Source of the DNA: Octopus sinensis | Taxonomy: Eukaryota | Length of the DNA stretch: 64,000 nucleotides | Assembly: GCF_006345805.1 (NCBI RefSeq) | Contig: NC_043001.1 | Span: forward strand, 91,016,001-91,080,000 | Reading direction: 5' to 3' | Part shown: positions 51,871 to 64,000 of the stretch, in pieces | How the letters are laid out: every line of letters begins with the position of its first letter | Numbering within the stretch: position 1 is the stretch's first letter | Made by a program: the position numbers and the translations under genes | The notes under the pieces: generated by a model | Told to the model about the DNA's origin: nothing | Databases searched by the model: none | The model's input: the letters and a program-made list of their open reading frames with translations, nothing else

Positions 51871-53655
51871 GTATATATCTTTTACCTTATATTATTATCT
51901 CTCTTTTCATCATTATTTTTTCAAGCTACTATTGATTAAGTAAGTTTTTAACATGTGTCTGATTCCTGTAACATCTATGATAAGTGCTCTTAGCTAAAGA
52001 TCTACTTCAATTCTTCTCTTGTTTCTCTGGTCCACCTCTTTCTCATGTAATCTCTTGAAATACTTTGTACATTTTTATATATAAATGCATTTGGTATATT
52101 AAAAACTTTGGTTCACATCCTGTTTTACATTATCAGTTATACCAATAGAATTCTTATATACCCCTTTTTCTGCAATCAAATCTGTTGACTTTGTTGACCA
52201 TGAGCTGTTTATGAACACCTTATTCTTAAACCAAGTTTATCTTCAGATATTTTTTGAGTTCTATTCTTCATCATCATCACCATCGTTTAATGTCCGCTTT
52301 CCATGCTAGCATGGGTTGGACGATTTTGACTGAGGGCTGGCGAACCAGATGGCTACACCAGGCTCCAATCTTGATTTGGCAGAGTTTCTACAGTTGGATG
52401 CCCTTCCTAACACCAATCACTCCGAGAGTGTAGTGGGCACTTTTTACGTGCCATCGGCACGGAGGTCAGTCAGGCAGTACTGGCAACGACCTCGCTCAAA
52501 TCTTTTTACACATGCCACCAACACAGTTGCCAGTAAGGCGATGTTGGTAACGATCGCACTCAAATGGTGCCCTTTTACGTGCCACCAGCACAGAAGCCAG
52601 TTGGCTGCTCTAGCGACGATCACGCTCAGATGGTGGTCTTGGCACCCTACTAGCATGAGCACAAGTGCCAGTAAGGCGATGTTGGTAACAATCACACTTG
52701 AATGGTGTCTTTTATGTGCCACTGGCATGGAAGCCGGTTAGCCGCTCTGTCAACGATTACGCTCGTATGGTGCTCTTTGCACCCCGCTAGTATAGATGCC
52801 AGTCATCGAATGTGATTTTGATTCTTGGTGTTTAAATTTTTTTTTTGTGACTTCTGATTTGGTCCTGCATTGAGAACCACCTTGTCTGCTTACAAAAACA
52901 TCTGCTCTCAAAATTACTTTGAATTGGCTTCATGGAAAAATGTTGATGTCTATTCTCAAAAATAACACTTGTGATTCAATTCAGTAGATCTAAATCCATG
53001 TCAATTTTATCTTGATTGACTGAGAATCGGGACTTCAAAAAGCCATCCTGAAGCTCTGCTCTTTTGAAGACAAGTTGACTCTATATATCCCTTCTTGAAA
53101 AACAAGTACATTAGCAACTCTAAGGTAAACTGGCTGTAAAACAATGCCTCATTAATTTGTAACCTTCTAATCCATGCTAACATAGAGAAGCAGATGCAAA
53201 ATGAGAGAAGGGATGAAGATAAATTTAAATAAGAGTAAAAACCTATTCTAGAATGAGAATCAATGTTATATTTTGTTCATGGAAGAATGCCTGCTATAGC
53301 TATCCTAATAATGTCTTTGACTCTAAATTAGAGATTATACTTATTGTTTTTATTTTCAATTAGATTTGCAATGTAATATGTGTGTGTGTGTGTGTGTGTA
53401 TGTATTACTACTTCTGTGGCTGCATAAAAATTACATTCATTTGTATCCTATATGTTATCATGATTAATATTTTGTGATTGTTAAAAAATTTATCGTTTCA
53501 TGTTTTAAAATTAAGAGCTGGAGGGTAGGGTTCCATGCTTAGTTCACAATTGTTAGCTATCTCACCTGTATTAACATATGTCTGATAAACTTATATGTAT
53601 ATAATATATATTACATCTTCATTGTATTTACCACATTTCTTTTTTTCTTTTCAAG

Positions 53656-53722
53656 GCCAGTATATTAGGTTTTAATTACATTCTGCTCCCTATTGTGCAA
53701 AACATAATCCAGTTTATATTTG
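53656..53722 (+). CDS. EI24: EI24 coding exon 3 (ASILGFNYILLPIVQNIIQFIF-G)
   Basis: Pyrimidine tract plus AAG acceptor and GTAAGT donor. The 67-bp exon runs phase 0 to 1 and bridges its neighbours in frame; it encodes a hydrophobic segment. Confidence 0.85.
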
Positions 53723-54129
53723 GTAAGTTTTATTCTTTCATCAATGCCAATTTGATTTTAGATTTAAAATCAAACATTCTGCACACTACCCACCCTTGCT
53801 TATTCACCTAAAAATTTCAGACACTTGTTACAGTGGAGAAATGGATTATAACTGATAAGGAAAGTATAACAGTTTAAGGGTTAAAGTTCAAATGAAAATA
53901 ATGTATAAATCAGTCAATACACTTCATGTAGATAAAATGTTATATATATATTTTTTCTTCATTGAGGAGAAAGGGAAGAACCCATGGAATTTTTACCTCA
54001 GCACTAGACAGTGGTTAATACTATTGGTACTCACTGTGAACTTTTTTAGGTTGATGTCTGTAGGTAAAACAAGGACAGTAAATATGTTCTAAGTGCTGCA
54101 GTTTTGGGTTAGAAAAGACTAAGTGAAGT

Positions 54130-55300
54130 ATTTAATGAAGGTTTTCTTTACAGGTGTGACAGTAAGGTTGATGAGAGGGGAAATTTGAAGTGATGGAGTG
54201 TAACTTGCTAGCTCAAGGTAGGAAAAGCTATTGAGGCAGCAGTAGACAAGAAAATATTAAAGGTGGAGGAGTCTTTATCGATCAGCCAGGTGGTTTATGG
54301 ATACTGTCCCAGAATGCTTGTATGTGTAAGCATAGCAGCTGTACCATCTTAGATATTAAAGTAGTAATGTAGTATTGCCATCTGTTGTGTTTTGTCAAGG
54401 TTTATTGAAGATTGAACACTGGTGGTATCAGGGTTTGAAGGAACATTAAGAAAGTTTTGATGGTGAAAGAATATGAGAAATATAACAAAGCCTTGAGGTA
54501 TTCCAGAGTTGATAGAATGTTGATTGGAGAATGCTTCAACAACATGCTGCAACAGAGTAATGTGAAAAGAATCTTTCAATATAAGAGATCAAGGACTGAT
54601 GAAGGCCTCAGGGAAGCTTCTTTACAACGAGGTTCTTATGGTCAAGAGATACAATATAGTTGTTTTTTTTGCCATCTCTAAAAACAAGATTTTGCTGGTG
54701 TCTAACACAAGAGCAAATCTTTAGTAGATCTAAGGAAACCATACTGCTGATCACTGAACAGGGTAAGAGGGTCAAAGTAATAAAAGAGGTGACTGTTTAT
54801 GGCTGTTGAAATATGAAGTGCTGGCTAAAGTCTGGTACTTGATAGCATTTGGAGTTGTCTTTTAGAGAGACAGGATGCACTGGTATGTGATTCAATAGAA
54901 TGGATAAATAACCAGAGACAGAAAATTTAAAGAGCTCGTTGAGGATAAGAACCGTCTTGAGACAATGGTAGTAATGATATCAGGATTGGTCATGTTGGGT
55001 TGAAGTGACCAGAGAAGTTTTCACATTTGACTTGTTGTGTAAGGCAGTGAGACAAGTTCGTTTGGGAAGTATTGTCTGTGTGTGTGTGTAGAGGGGAATT
55101 GGAAACAACAGAGTGAGCCTCAAGGCTACTGCTTACCAAGCCATCTTGCTTGAGGGGTAACAACTTAGAGGTTTCTTCAAAATTGGTAAAGATCTTGTAA
55201 AGGACTTACAAATCAGACTGTAGTTTGTGAGTTTAAAGTGATGCTTCAAGGCATCTTTTGCTTTCTTATCTCATACTGCATGCCTTTCTTTGTAAATGTT
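54130..55300 (-). pseudogene. Decayed CR1-group RT remnant in EI24 intron
   Basis: Minus-strand SDQQYGF...STKDLL and SINSGIPQGFVI fragments. Confidence 0.6.
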
Positions 55301-55655
55301 TCCCAGTTGACAATGATGTGTGATTTCTATAATTGATGGTGGAAGACCAACATTGTGATTATTGGTTTTTATAAAGACTTCTTCAAAATGTCAGAGTCCA
55401 TAGACATTATTTCCTACTCCTGTGAACTTTATAATCTGCTATTCTCCATTCAATACTTGCTTTTCCGCAAAAAACTGTTTTCCAGTCATTTACCACCAGA
55501 ACACTCTTCTTTTCAATCATCCTTTTCTCTAAAAATGTTTTCCTTATGTAACAACTAAATTATCCTACCTAAAGTTGATATTCAACATATATAGGGCCTA
55601 TGAAGTCTTATGTTGTTTTATTGTTCTTCATTGGACACTTTAATGATTTTTGCAG

Positions 55656-55780
55656 GTGAAACAGTATATGATGGAGTAGTTTGGCTGTGGATCTACCAAA
55701 TTCTTTCATGGACATTTAATACTCTTTGGGTTCTTCCTTTGTTTGTTGTCAGTAAAATAGTAAACTGCTTCTGGTTTCAG
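55656..55780 (+). CDS. EI24: EI24 coding exon 4 (GETVYDGVVWLW...LWVLPLFVVSKIVNCFWFQ)
   Basis: LWVLPLFVVSKIVNCFWFQ matches EI24 LWVLPLFVLSKVVNAIWFQ. AG/GT bounded. Confidence 0.93.
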
Positions 55781-56246
55781 GTTGGTATATTTATTATTCA
55801 TTGTCTTTGAATATCCTGCCATTTTGATAGCCTTTGCATTTTTATATCATTTTTATTATAAATCAGTTGGTAGGATTTGATTGAAGGGAATTGGATAAGT
55901 TATTTTAGCAATATCTGAAATTGTAAAGTGTCCTGTCTCAGTTTGGTGTTTGTAATGATAAGTAGCCTACTCTGCTGTGCTAAGTGGCTGGTGAATTATA
56001 TGTAAAACAAGTAGAGATGAAATTGTATAGTCAAGACATCATTCATCTTCTGTAAAAACATGCCTGGTCATGGGAAAATGTTACCTTGCTTGGAAACAAA
56101 TGAGGTTTGGTGACAAAAAGTGCATCTGGCTGTAGAAAATCTGCCTTCACAGAATTCCATATGATCCATGCAATTATTGAAAGGTGGATGTTAAATGATT
56201 ATGATAATGATGATTATAAAACAAAATGCTATTTACTCTCTCATAG

Positions 56247-56363
56247 GACATTGCTGACCAAGCCTACAAGACCACACGTGGACGACCTCGGGCATTACCA
56301 TTCAGTACCATGGTAGCTGATACATGCTTCAGTGTTTTACTTCATCTAATATTCCTGATACAG
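56247..56363 (+). CDS. EI24: EI24 coding exon 5 (DIADQAY...MVADTCFSVLLHLIFLIQ)
   Basis: 117-bp phase 0/0 exon. DIAD...IADMLF...LFLIQ pattern of EI24. Confidence 0.9.
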
Positions 56364-56635
56364 GTAATTATAACAAATAATAACCTAGCAGGTGTTCAAC
56401 TTTCTTATATATTTTTTTGTGAAAAGGTCCTGCTTAGAATATTTATTAATCTAAAGTTCTGAATGTCTAAGGTATAAACTACTATTGTAAAGCAAATATG
56501 CAATTATCAGAACTGTTTAGCTTTGCACACTTGGTACATCAAGAATGTCTCTTAGCACCATTCCCTAGGTTTTGGTTATTGAGGTGTTACTACAGAAGTT
56601 AGGGATCTTTACCTTTTGACCGACAGATTTAAAAA

Positions 56636-57139
56636 ATAATTTTTTGTAACTAAACACTTTCAAACTTTGGACACTGGTAGAATGTGTCATATAAAACATC
56701 TTTTACTCTTAGCGTTTTTGCGAAAAGCTTATATTTAGGAAGTTATTTCACGTTAAAGTTGTAGTATTTCGGTAATTTCAACCAATCGATGACGTGTATT
56801 CAGCTGAATAAAATTACTGCTGTTGTTTGTCAACAAGAACTTCTGGCGGTGTATATTTCATTTGTCATTGTTATTTATGACAATCCTAAACCTAAACCTA
56901 ACCCCTTAAAGCTAAAACCAGTACAAACGCACGAACAATGTCATAAATAACAGTGACAAATGAAAAATGCATCACCGATTGTTGTTGACAAACAACGGCT
57001 GTAATTTTATTCAGCTGAATATACATCATTGGTTGAAATTACCGAAATACTACAACTTTAACGTGAAATAACTTCCTAAATATAAGCTTTTCTCAAAAAC
57101 GCTAAGAGTAAAATATGTTTTATATGACACATTCTACCA
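56636..57139. mobile_element. Related palindromic foldback element in EI24 intron
   Basis: Arms 56675-56882 and 56939-57139 are inverted, and the spacer holds CCTAAA/CCCTAA units. Outer and inner sequence resembles the 39215-39850 element. Confidence 0.8.
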
Positions 57140-58723
57140 TGTTACAGAAATTTATATGATCCATACCAATACTGGAGGAATATAAACTGATTAATGGTGA
57201 TATATTTTTGGTCTTCTGGCTCAGTGCCTGGAAAGGCAAGTCTTGTTAGCCAGTGTTTGTTGCTGGAACAGCGGTCTGATTAGAATGCTCAGTGTTTGGC
57301 TCAGCCTCTAAGTGGTTAGGTATTGGGACAAGGTCATTACCAGGGTTAGGGTTGTAAAACAATGGCCTGACTGATTGTGTCATTTCCCTGCAGTTCACAG
57401 CAAAAGCATGTTCAGAATTTTTAACATGTCATGACATGTATGATATTTTATACAAAAATGACTCATTCGAACCATGTCATTTGTTTCCATTTCACCACAT
57501 AACTATGTCCAGGCTGCATTTTGTTCAAAAGATTGCAAAATTATTATTTTGTTTGGAAACAAGTGAGGGGTGGCAACGGGAAAAGAATCTGCTCCAAAAT
57601 ATTCTGTTTGACCCATGCAAACATGAAAAACCTTAAAATGATGGTGATGATGATAAATATATCCTTTTCATTCTGTAGATTCTATAACTTCCCTACAAAT
57701 GAGTCGCATTGTGAATATTTTTGTTGTCATTATAATTTCCTATGTCACTTTTACAATAGTATTTTGGGAGATAGATGAAAACCATTTAGTAATTCTTGTA
57801 GATTCAAATGTTTATTCTATTGGTACTTAGATTTGTTATGACTTGTTTTGATAATCTAACTGTAGTTCTTTAGTATTTTCCTATCCTAATTTTAATTTAT
57901 GAATAAGCTGTCTAAACTGTTAATATTATTGCTATTTCTCCTCTAATTGCCTTGTAAGTTCCAATTTTGGGTTTAGAGATGAAGTCATATTGAATATATT
58001 AAAAGATGCAGGGCGAAGAAGGGTGAAAGGGATTCAAAAAGTAGGCAAATTAACATGCTAGTTATTTAGGGGAAGGTGCAGAGTGCTTGGGAGAAAAGGT
58101 ATATTTTTTGCAGGTGTAAAATAACAGGATGCATTCTAGTGAAATATCACTCTCCCTTGGCCATTATTTTTGGCATTCTTTGTTAATCTGGCAATCCAGC
58201 CATGACACATCATGGTATAACTATCTGAAATATGCATGCAATCTCTGAACAACTATTATAACATTATGTAACAAGGGACAAATAGTTTGCTATTATTATC
58301 TATGATTATAAAGGTGGTGAGCTGGCAGAATTGTTAGCATGCTGGACGAAATACTTAGCAGTGTTTTGCCTGTCGCTATGTTCTGAGTTCAAATTCTGCT
58401 GAGGTTGACTTTTCCTTTCATTCTTTCAGAGTTGGTAAATTAAGTACCAGTGAAACATTGGGATTGATGTAATCAACTTGTTCCCTCCCATCACAAAATC
58501 TCAGGCCTTGTATCTATAGAAGAAAGGATTATTATTTATGATTATATTTTTGAGCAAGCTTTAATATTTTATAGTAAATTTACCATTTTTGGTTGGAGAG
58601 GAGGGGTGAATGACTTCAAATAGCAGATGAATTAAGATGCTAGTTAGTTTGGGGATAGTGCAGTTAAATGGCAAAGTATATGCTCTTTTATTGGCTTGTG
58701 ATTTTAGGTGTCATGTAGCTTAA

Positions 58724-58938
58724 CCATTTAGTATTTAAACCGGCCATATCCGGCCAAAATATTTAATCTGTTTTATGTTCAAACTGACCAGATCCAGGCT
58801 CTCACACCTACCCTACAATGTTAATCTACATTAATTACACCATCAAGATCTTGAAGATTTGAGATAATGCATGATTAATTCAAATCAATGGGAATCAATA
58901 AGCATTATGTTTGATAGAATAATCTGAACACTAAAGGG
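58724..58938. mobile_element. piggyBac-like MITE
   Basis: TTAA flanks; homologous to 220-439. Confidence 0.6.
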
Positions 58939-59103
58939 TTAAAGAGATTTGTCAGTTAAATGTTCAGAAGGAACTCACATGGCTGATACATCGTATAAAA
59001 CATACTTTGCTTCATGTGACACCTTGGGCAAGTGTCTTCTACTACAGCCTCGGGCCAACAAGAGCCTTGTAAGTGAATTTGATGGAAACTGAAAGAATGC
59101 CTG

Positions 59104-59143
<40 letters not shown>

Positions 59144-59675
59144 GGAAACTGAAAGAAGCCTGTCCCCATAACTTAGCAGTTCAGCAAAAGAGACGAGTAA
59201 GTACCAGGGCTTGAAAAAATAAGTCCTGGGGTTGAAGGTGGTACCCCCGTATGGTCACAGGGCAATAACTGAAACAAGTCCCACCCATGCCAGCATGAAA
59301 GGAGGACATTAAACAACGACAGCGGTGTCAGCAGCATCATCATCATCATACTAGTAGTAGTAGTAGAAGGAAGAGGAGGAGGAGAATGATGATAATAATA
59401 ATTAGTATTTCACAACTCTGTTATACAGTATTCTGAAATGTGGAGTACAGTGTGGCAAAGAGACAGTATTTCTTCCAGTTAAAAGGATGGTGGCACACTC
59501 TGAATAAACATCTCTACAATACTGATATTGAAAAGTAGCATTAGAAGTCAACATTGATAGTCACTCATAACTTAATTTTGTCCATTTTATCTGAGACCTG
59601 GCTTATTGGGATCCAGTTTAATGAGAGTTCACTGCATAGACTCTATTGAGAATTTTACCCACCTTTCTCTTCCAG

Positions 59676-59787
59676 AGTATGTTGGCAAGTTTGATCCCGA
59701 TTCAGGGAATTGGAACATTTATTGGTCTTCTACATATGTCTCTGCTATCTTCGTCCTATGCTTTTGAATACAGATGGTTTAATATGG
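59676..59787 (+). CDS. EI24: EI24 coding exon 6 ([13 protein letters not shown]...[21 protein letters not shown])
   Basis: LLHMSLL and FEYRWFN motifs. CAG acceptor and GTAAGT donor. Confidence 0.93.
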
Positions 59788-60681
59788 GTAAGTAATTGAT
59801 CTGTTTATCACTTTTATTGTAAATGCACTGCTTGGTTTCATGCATCTGTCCAATAAAATGGACATATTTAGGAGACGTTACACTGTTTTGAGCTACAAAC
59901 AATTTGGTTGTTAAGGCGTTCTTGATATTATTTGTTAGTTGTCTATTACCCGCCTTAACCTTATTTTTTGACACACTCGTTTTTACTTTGTTTAAGTAGA
60001 TATTCAATTCAACTCGTTAATGAAATCGATTGGACTCCGAAGACTACCCAAATTGCTCTGACATCAAAATGCCCCAATTTTGATGTAATTGTAACAAAAA
60101 TGAAACATTATTTCTCCAAAACTTGAAATTGAAGGTTTCTAGAAAAACCCTTTTGTTTCATAATGAAAATATTGATTTATTTTATCACATTTGTTTTATA
60201 CTTTTTTAAAATTTATAATTGTACTCTCTAAATAAGTAAATTCAATAAACCTTTTGAATTTAAAGAATCTATGATTTTCTTCCTTTCAAATCAAGGGGGT
60301 AACATTGGCGTAAATAAATATATTTTGGGATAATTTATTAAAAATGTTCCCCAGCCCCTGGACTAAAGTATACTTAAAAAGAAAGAAAAAATGATTGTCC
60401 CGTCTGGCCAAATGCCTGTCAACATAATTCTTGTATCAGAACTAACCTGGAGTTAATAACTACAATCTTCCCTCTAATGTAGACAAATGTAAAAAATATC
60501 TGTATATCAAAATGGCTGCAAAGTCAATTGCCAACTTGATAATTGCAACCAAAAATAGGAGTGATGTGTATTGATTTCTTGGTTGACTTAGTCAGCAATA
60601 TCATGTGTAGCTGTAGCTAGATTTGATTGTCTATATAATGAGTAATTCAGCTCCTTAATGTCTTAGTTATGGTGCCTCTTG

Positions 60682-60930
60682 TGGAGGCGTGTGGCTTAGT
60701 GGTTAGGGTGTCAGCACCATGATCGTAAGATTGTGGTTTCGATTCCTGGACCGGGCGACGCATTGTGTTCTTGAACAAAACACTTCATTTCACGTTGCTC
60801 CAGTCCACTCAGCTGGCAAAAATGAGTAACGCTGCGATGGACTGGTGTCCCGTCCAGCTGGGGAACACATACGCCATGGAAACCAGGAAACCGGGCCCAT
60901 GAGCCTGGCTAGACTTTAAAAGGGCGCATT
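60682..60930 (+). mobile_element. tRNA-derived SINE with gcgatggactggcgtcccgtccag (V-domain-like) core
   Basis: tRNA-like head tggcttagtggttag...gtttcgattcc. Related copies at ~37680-37990 and 45957-46285 (minus). Confidence 0.65.
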
Positions 60931-61388
60931 TATTTTTATGGTGCCTCTTACAATGACTGATACTTATTTTAGTAAAGTATTAAGATCATCTCTGTTTTAG
61001 CTACTACTTGATCTTTCACCCATATACAAACAGTCTTGACAAAAAACAATAATGTCTGTCCTAACTGACATACTGCATACAATAACAATGTAACAACAGT
61101 AACAAATAACAATGTTCACTCAGAAGTTTGATTGATCTAATATGTATAGCATTAATTCCCTGGAGTTAAATATGAGGATTTCACAACCCAACATTATATC
61201 GGATGTCAGCAAGTTTCTCTCTTCTTCAAATCTAGCAGCAATTGCAGAGAAGCTACTTTACTTTCTTTCAGATTTGGTTGCGGTACTACATATATTGCCC
61301 TTCCACTTCCTGTTCCAAAACCCTGTTAACAATAGAGTAGAATGCAATTTGTCTTAAAAGCAGACTGACATGTCCTTTCCATTTTCAG

Positions 61389-61500
61389 GTTGGGAAGTGC
61401 ACCAAAGAGTAGCCTGTGTTGAGAAAAATTGGCCATATTATTTTGGATTTGGTTTACCTCTTGCGCTTTGTACACTGATGGTTTCTTCTCAACTTGTGAG
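61389..61500 (+). CDS. EI24: EI24 coding exon 7 ([25 protein letters not shown]...)
   Basis: [13 protein letters not shown] is the EI24 hallmark. Phase 1 to 2, consistent with flanking exons. Confidence 0.95.
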
Positions 61501-63460
61501 GTAATTATCTTTATTTCATAATTTCTAATGGTTATTCATATATCATCATCATCATTTAATGTCCATGTTTTGTGCTGGCATGAGTTGAAGAAGTTGACTG
61601 ACTCTAAGGGATCCAAGGAACACAATACACACGCTGCTTTTATGATAGAAATACCAGTTAAAATATTTAGAAATCTCTGTTTACAGAGAAAATTATGCAC
61701 TCTAATAATGTTACCTACAACACAGCAAAAATTGTAAGTTTCTTTAGACATTATAATATAAGTTGGTATTATTGTGAAATAAATTGTAGATTAATTGTTC
61801 AGAATATTTAAAATATACGATTTTGTTACCATTAAATAATAATTGTCTATTTTTGAAATTTAAAATTTACTATATAGTTGTTTTGTTTTTATGTGTTTTT
61901 AACCCATTAATGCACAGTGTGTGAGGCCACATGGCCCAATGGTTAGAGTGTTACAAGATCATAGCTTCAATTTCTGGATTTGGTGATGCATTATGTTCTT
62001 GAGCATTTCATATTACTCTGTGGTCACTTTGGTACCTGACAGTACATAGGACACCTGTGTCAGGCAACATTAATTTTATTTGATCACTATAAACAAATCC
62101 TATGTGCAGGTTGTTTATTTATAAATTGCAGAAAAATCTTTCTCAGAGCACAAGAGACTGTCATCATCATCAGTGCACAAAGTGCAAATTTTATCTACTA
62201 ATTATTTACAATCAATGACTATTTCATTCTGAATAATTTTCTGTCTGCCTTGTTTCTAGGACACTATGCATTAATGTGTTAATTAGTACAAAGGCAAAAT
62301 GTTAAATGTTATTGCATTAAGTGTCAAGATACTGGTAAAATAAGACTATCACATAGGTTTGGTTGAAATCGTAGTTATTTCACTTAATGCATTAAAATTG
62401 CTGGGGAAGGGCATGAATTTAACAGCATTTGTTTTCGTACTTACTGGTGTCATATATGCTGCATATTCAGTGATGGTTACCTCTAAGCAAAAAAAGTTAA
62501 GAACTTGAAAGGGTCAATAACAATGAAATAGCTGAGTGGTTTTAGGGTGCCAGATTTTAAATTCTTGGTTCGTTAATTCATGTCTCTTGTGGGCTTTTTA
62601 TTGTATCTCCAATTTACTTAGCAGTATTGAATTGGTTGATGTGGATTAATGGGTGTAATGGCACAGACATGGTTGTGGTGAGAAAATAGTTCACTTCACA
62701 ATGATGTGGTCTGGGTTTCAAGTCCCACAATGCAGCACCTTGGACAAATGTCTTCTATTGTAAGCTCAGGTCAACTAGACTTTGTGAGTAAATTTGGTAC
62801 ACAAAAACTGAAAGAAGCTCATCTCACCTCACATCTACACACACACACGTGTATGTGTGTATCCTTTCTGAAGTAGCACATTCCCCACTAGTGGGAGATA
62901 TATGCTTCATCTAGAAGCCAGGATCCCAATGGCCCCTGGGGGTTCATATAAGATTTTCTTGTTAAAATTTAACTGCAATAGATTTGTTATCCTTCTACAA
63001 TACACAAAATATTTTAATAATTATTTTAATACAATTTCTAATAATATTTAATGATAAATTTTTTTTAACATCAAATAACTAGGAGGGTCCATCTGAGTAG
63101 AATAAGAATGAAAGGGTTCCACAGGTAAAAAATGGTTGAGAAACACTGGCCCACGTAACATTCCAGAAACCATCAATACTCAATACTCTAATTCCAAAGA
63201 TTTTCAATTCTTAATTAGAAAACACTGCCTTCGATATAAATAAGGTAATACTTTCACTCCTGATAATGTTACACAGTACAATTGTTAACTAAACAATGGT
63301 GAAGTCTAAGGAGTTGCTGTTCTTGTTACTACACCTAAGGTTTGTAGTCTGTTAGTATAAAATATGTTTCTAGTGTAGAAAAATATGTTAAACAGCAAAA
63401 AGTATACATTATTATGTGATATTTTTATTGTACTTATCAATATGTTTTATATATCTTCAG

Positions 63461-63538
63461 TGGCTGTGTTTTCTCGCTTCTTTTTCCTCTCTTCATCATC
63501 AGTGCAAATGAAGCTGAACTTAGACAAAGCAATGTATT
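63461..63538 (+). CDS. EI24: EI24 coding exon 8 (GCVFSLLFPLFIISANEA...); final exon not found in window
   Basis: LFPLFIISANEA motif. CAG acceptor and GTAAGT donor at 63539. Confidence 0.93.
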
Positions 63539-64000
63539 GTAAGTATTAGTTTTTGTTGTTTTCTTCTTTGTCACCTATATTATAAATTCAATGCTTTATC
63601 AAATCCATCATTTAAAAAAATTTCAATTTCACTTTTTTTTCCTCATTTACTGTGCAAACATAAAAACAGTTGAGGCATTTTCTGTAAAATAAATAAATTA
63701 CCTACCTGTGTAGATTGGTTGTGCTAATGACTCAGGTATTACTTTACCATCTCTACTTCTACCCATCACCACCACCATTACTACTACCCTCTTTCTCCTA
63801 ATTCTGATTTTTTTTTTTTTCCTGTGGAACCAGCACATGATATTATGACTACCTCAGTGGAATTTTGTGATAAATTTCAACTACACTCACATTATATTCC
63901 ACTTCATCATCTACACAGATCTCTTAGTCTTCTCCATCACTACATTATTATTAAAAACAATGCATTCACGTCTTCTATCGGCCTCCATCTAAACATTCAT

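Noticed and set aside
54595-54625. CTGATGA motif
   Set aside because: No helix II or GAAA partner; it lies inside a decayed RT remnant.
61142-61357. 71-aa ORF just upstream of EI24 exon 7
   Set aside because: No EI24 similarity, and exons 6 and 7 already join in phase; treated as intronic.

Overview
AT-rich, microsatellite- and SINE-dense animal genomic DNA; the repeat content points to an octopus (inference). Two protein-coding genes are well supported. The first is a single-ORF secreted chitin/polysaccharide deacetylase (CE4/NodB) at 14074-15681 (+). The second is EI24, with eight coding exons reconstructed at 49365-63538 (+) and its last exon beyond the window. The rest is mostly mobile DNA: tRNA-derived SINEs, R4/Dong, RTE, CR1-group and Tx1-like LINE pieces, hAT, Tc1/pogo, piggyBac and Helitron derivatives, foldback elements carrying telomere-like repeats, Penelope-like remnants, and a ~708-bp x ~3.9 tandem array. 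Three observations stand out. (1) Five minimal type I hammerhead-ribozyme folds occur in three Penelope-like families, and one family has a compensatory G3:C8 core swap. (2) The deacetylase carries a ~130-aa insert bounded by KR and RKKR that splits its conserved Cys-rich tail, like a C-peptide. (3) An ORF1-only zinc-knuckle retroelement sits inside a SINE head with a 6-bp TSD. Everything was read by eye; no searches or folding programs were run.
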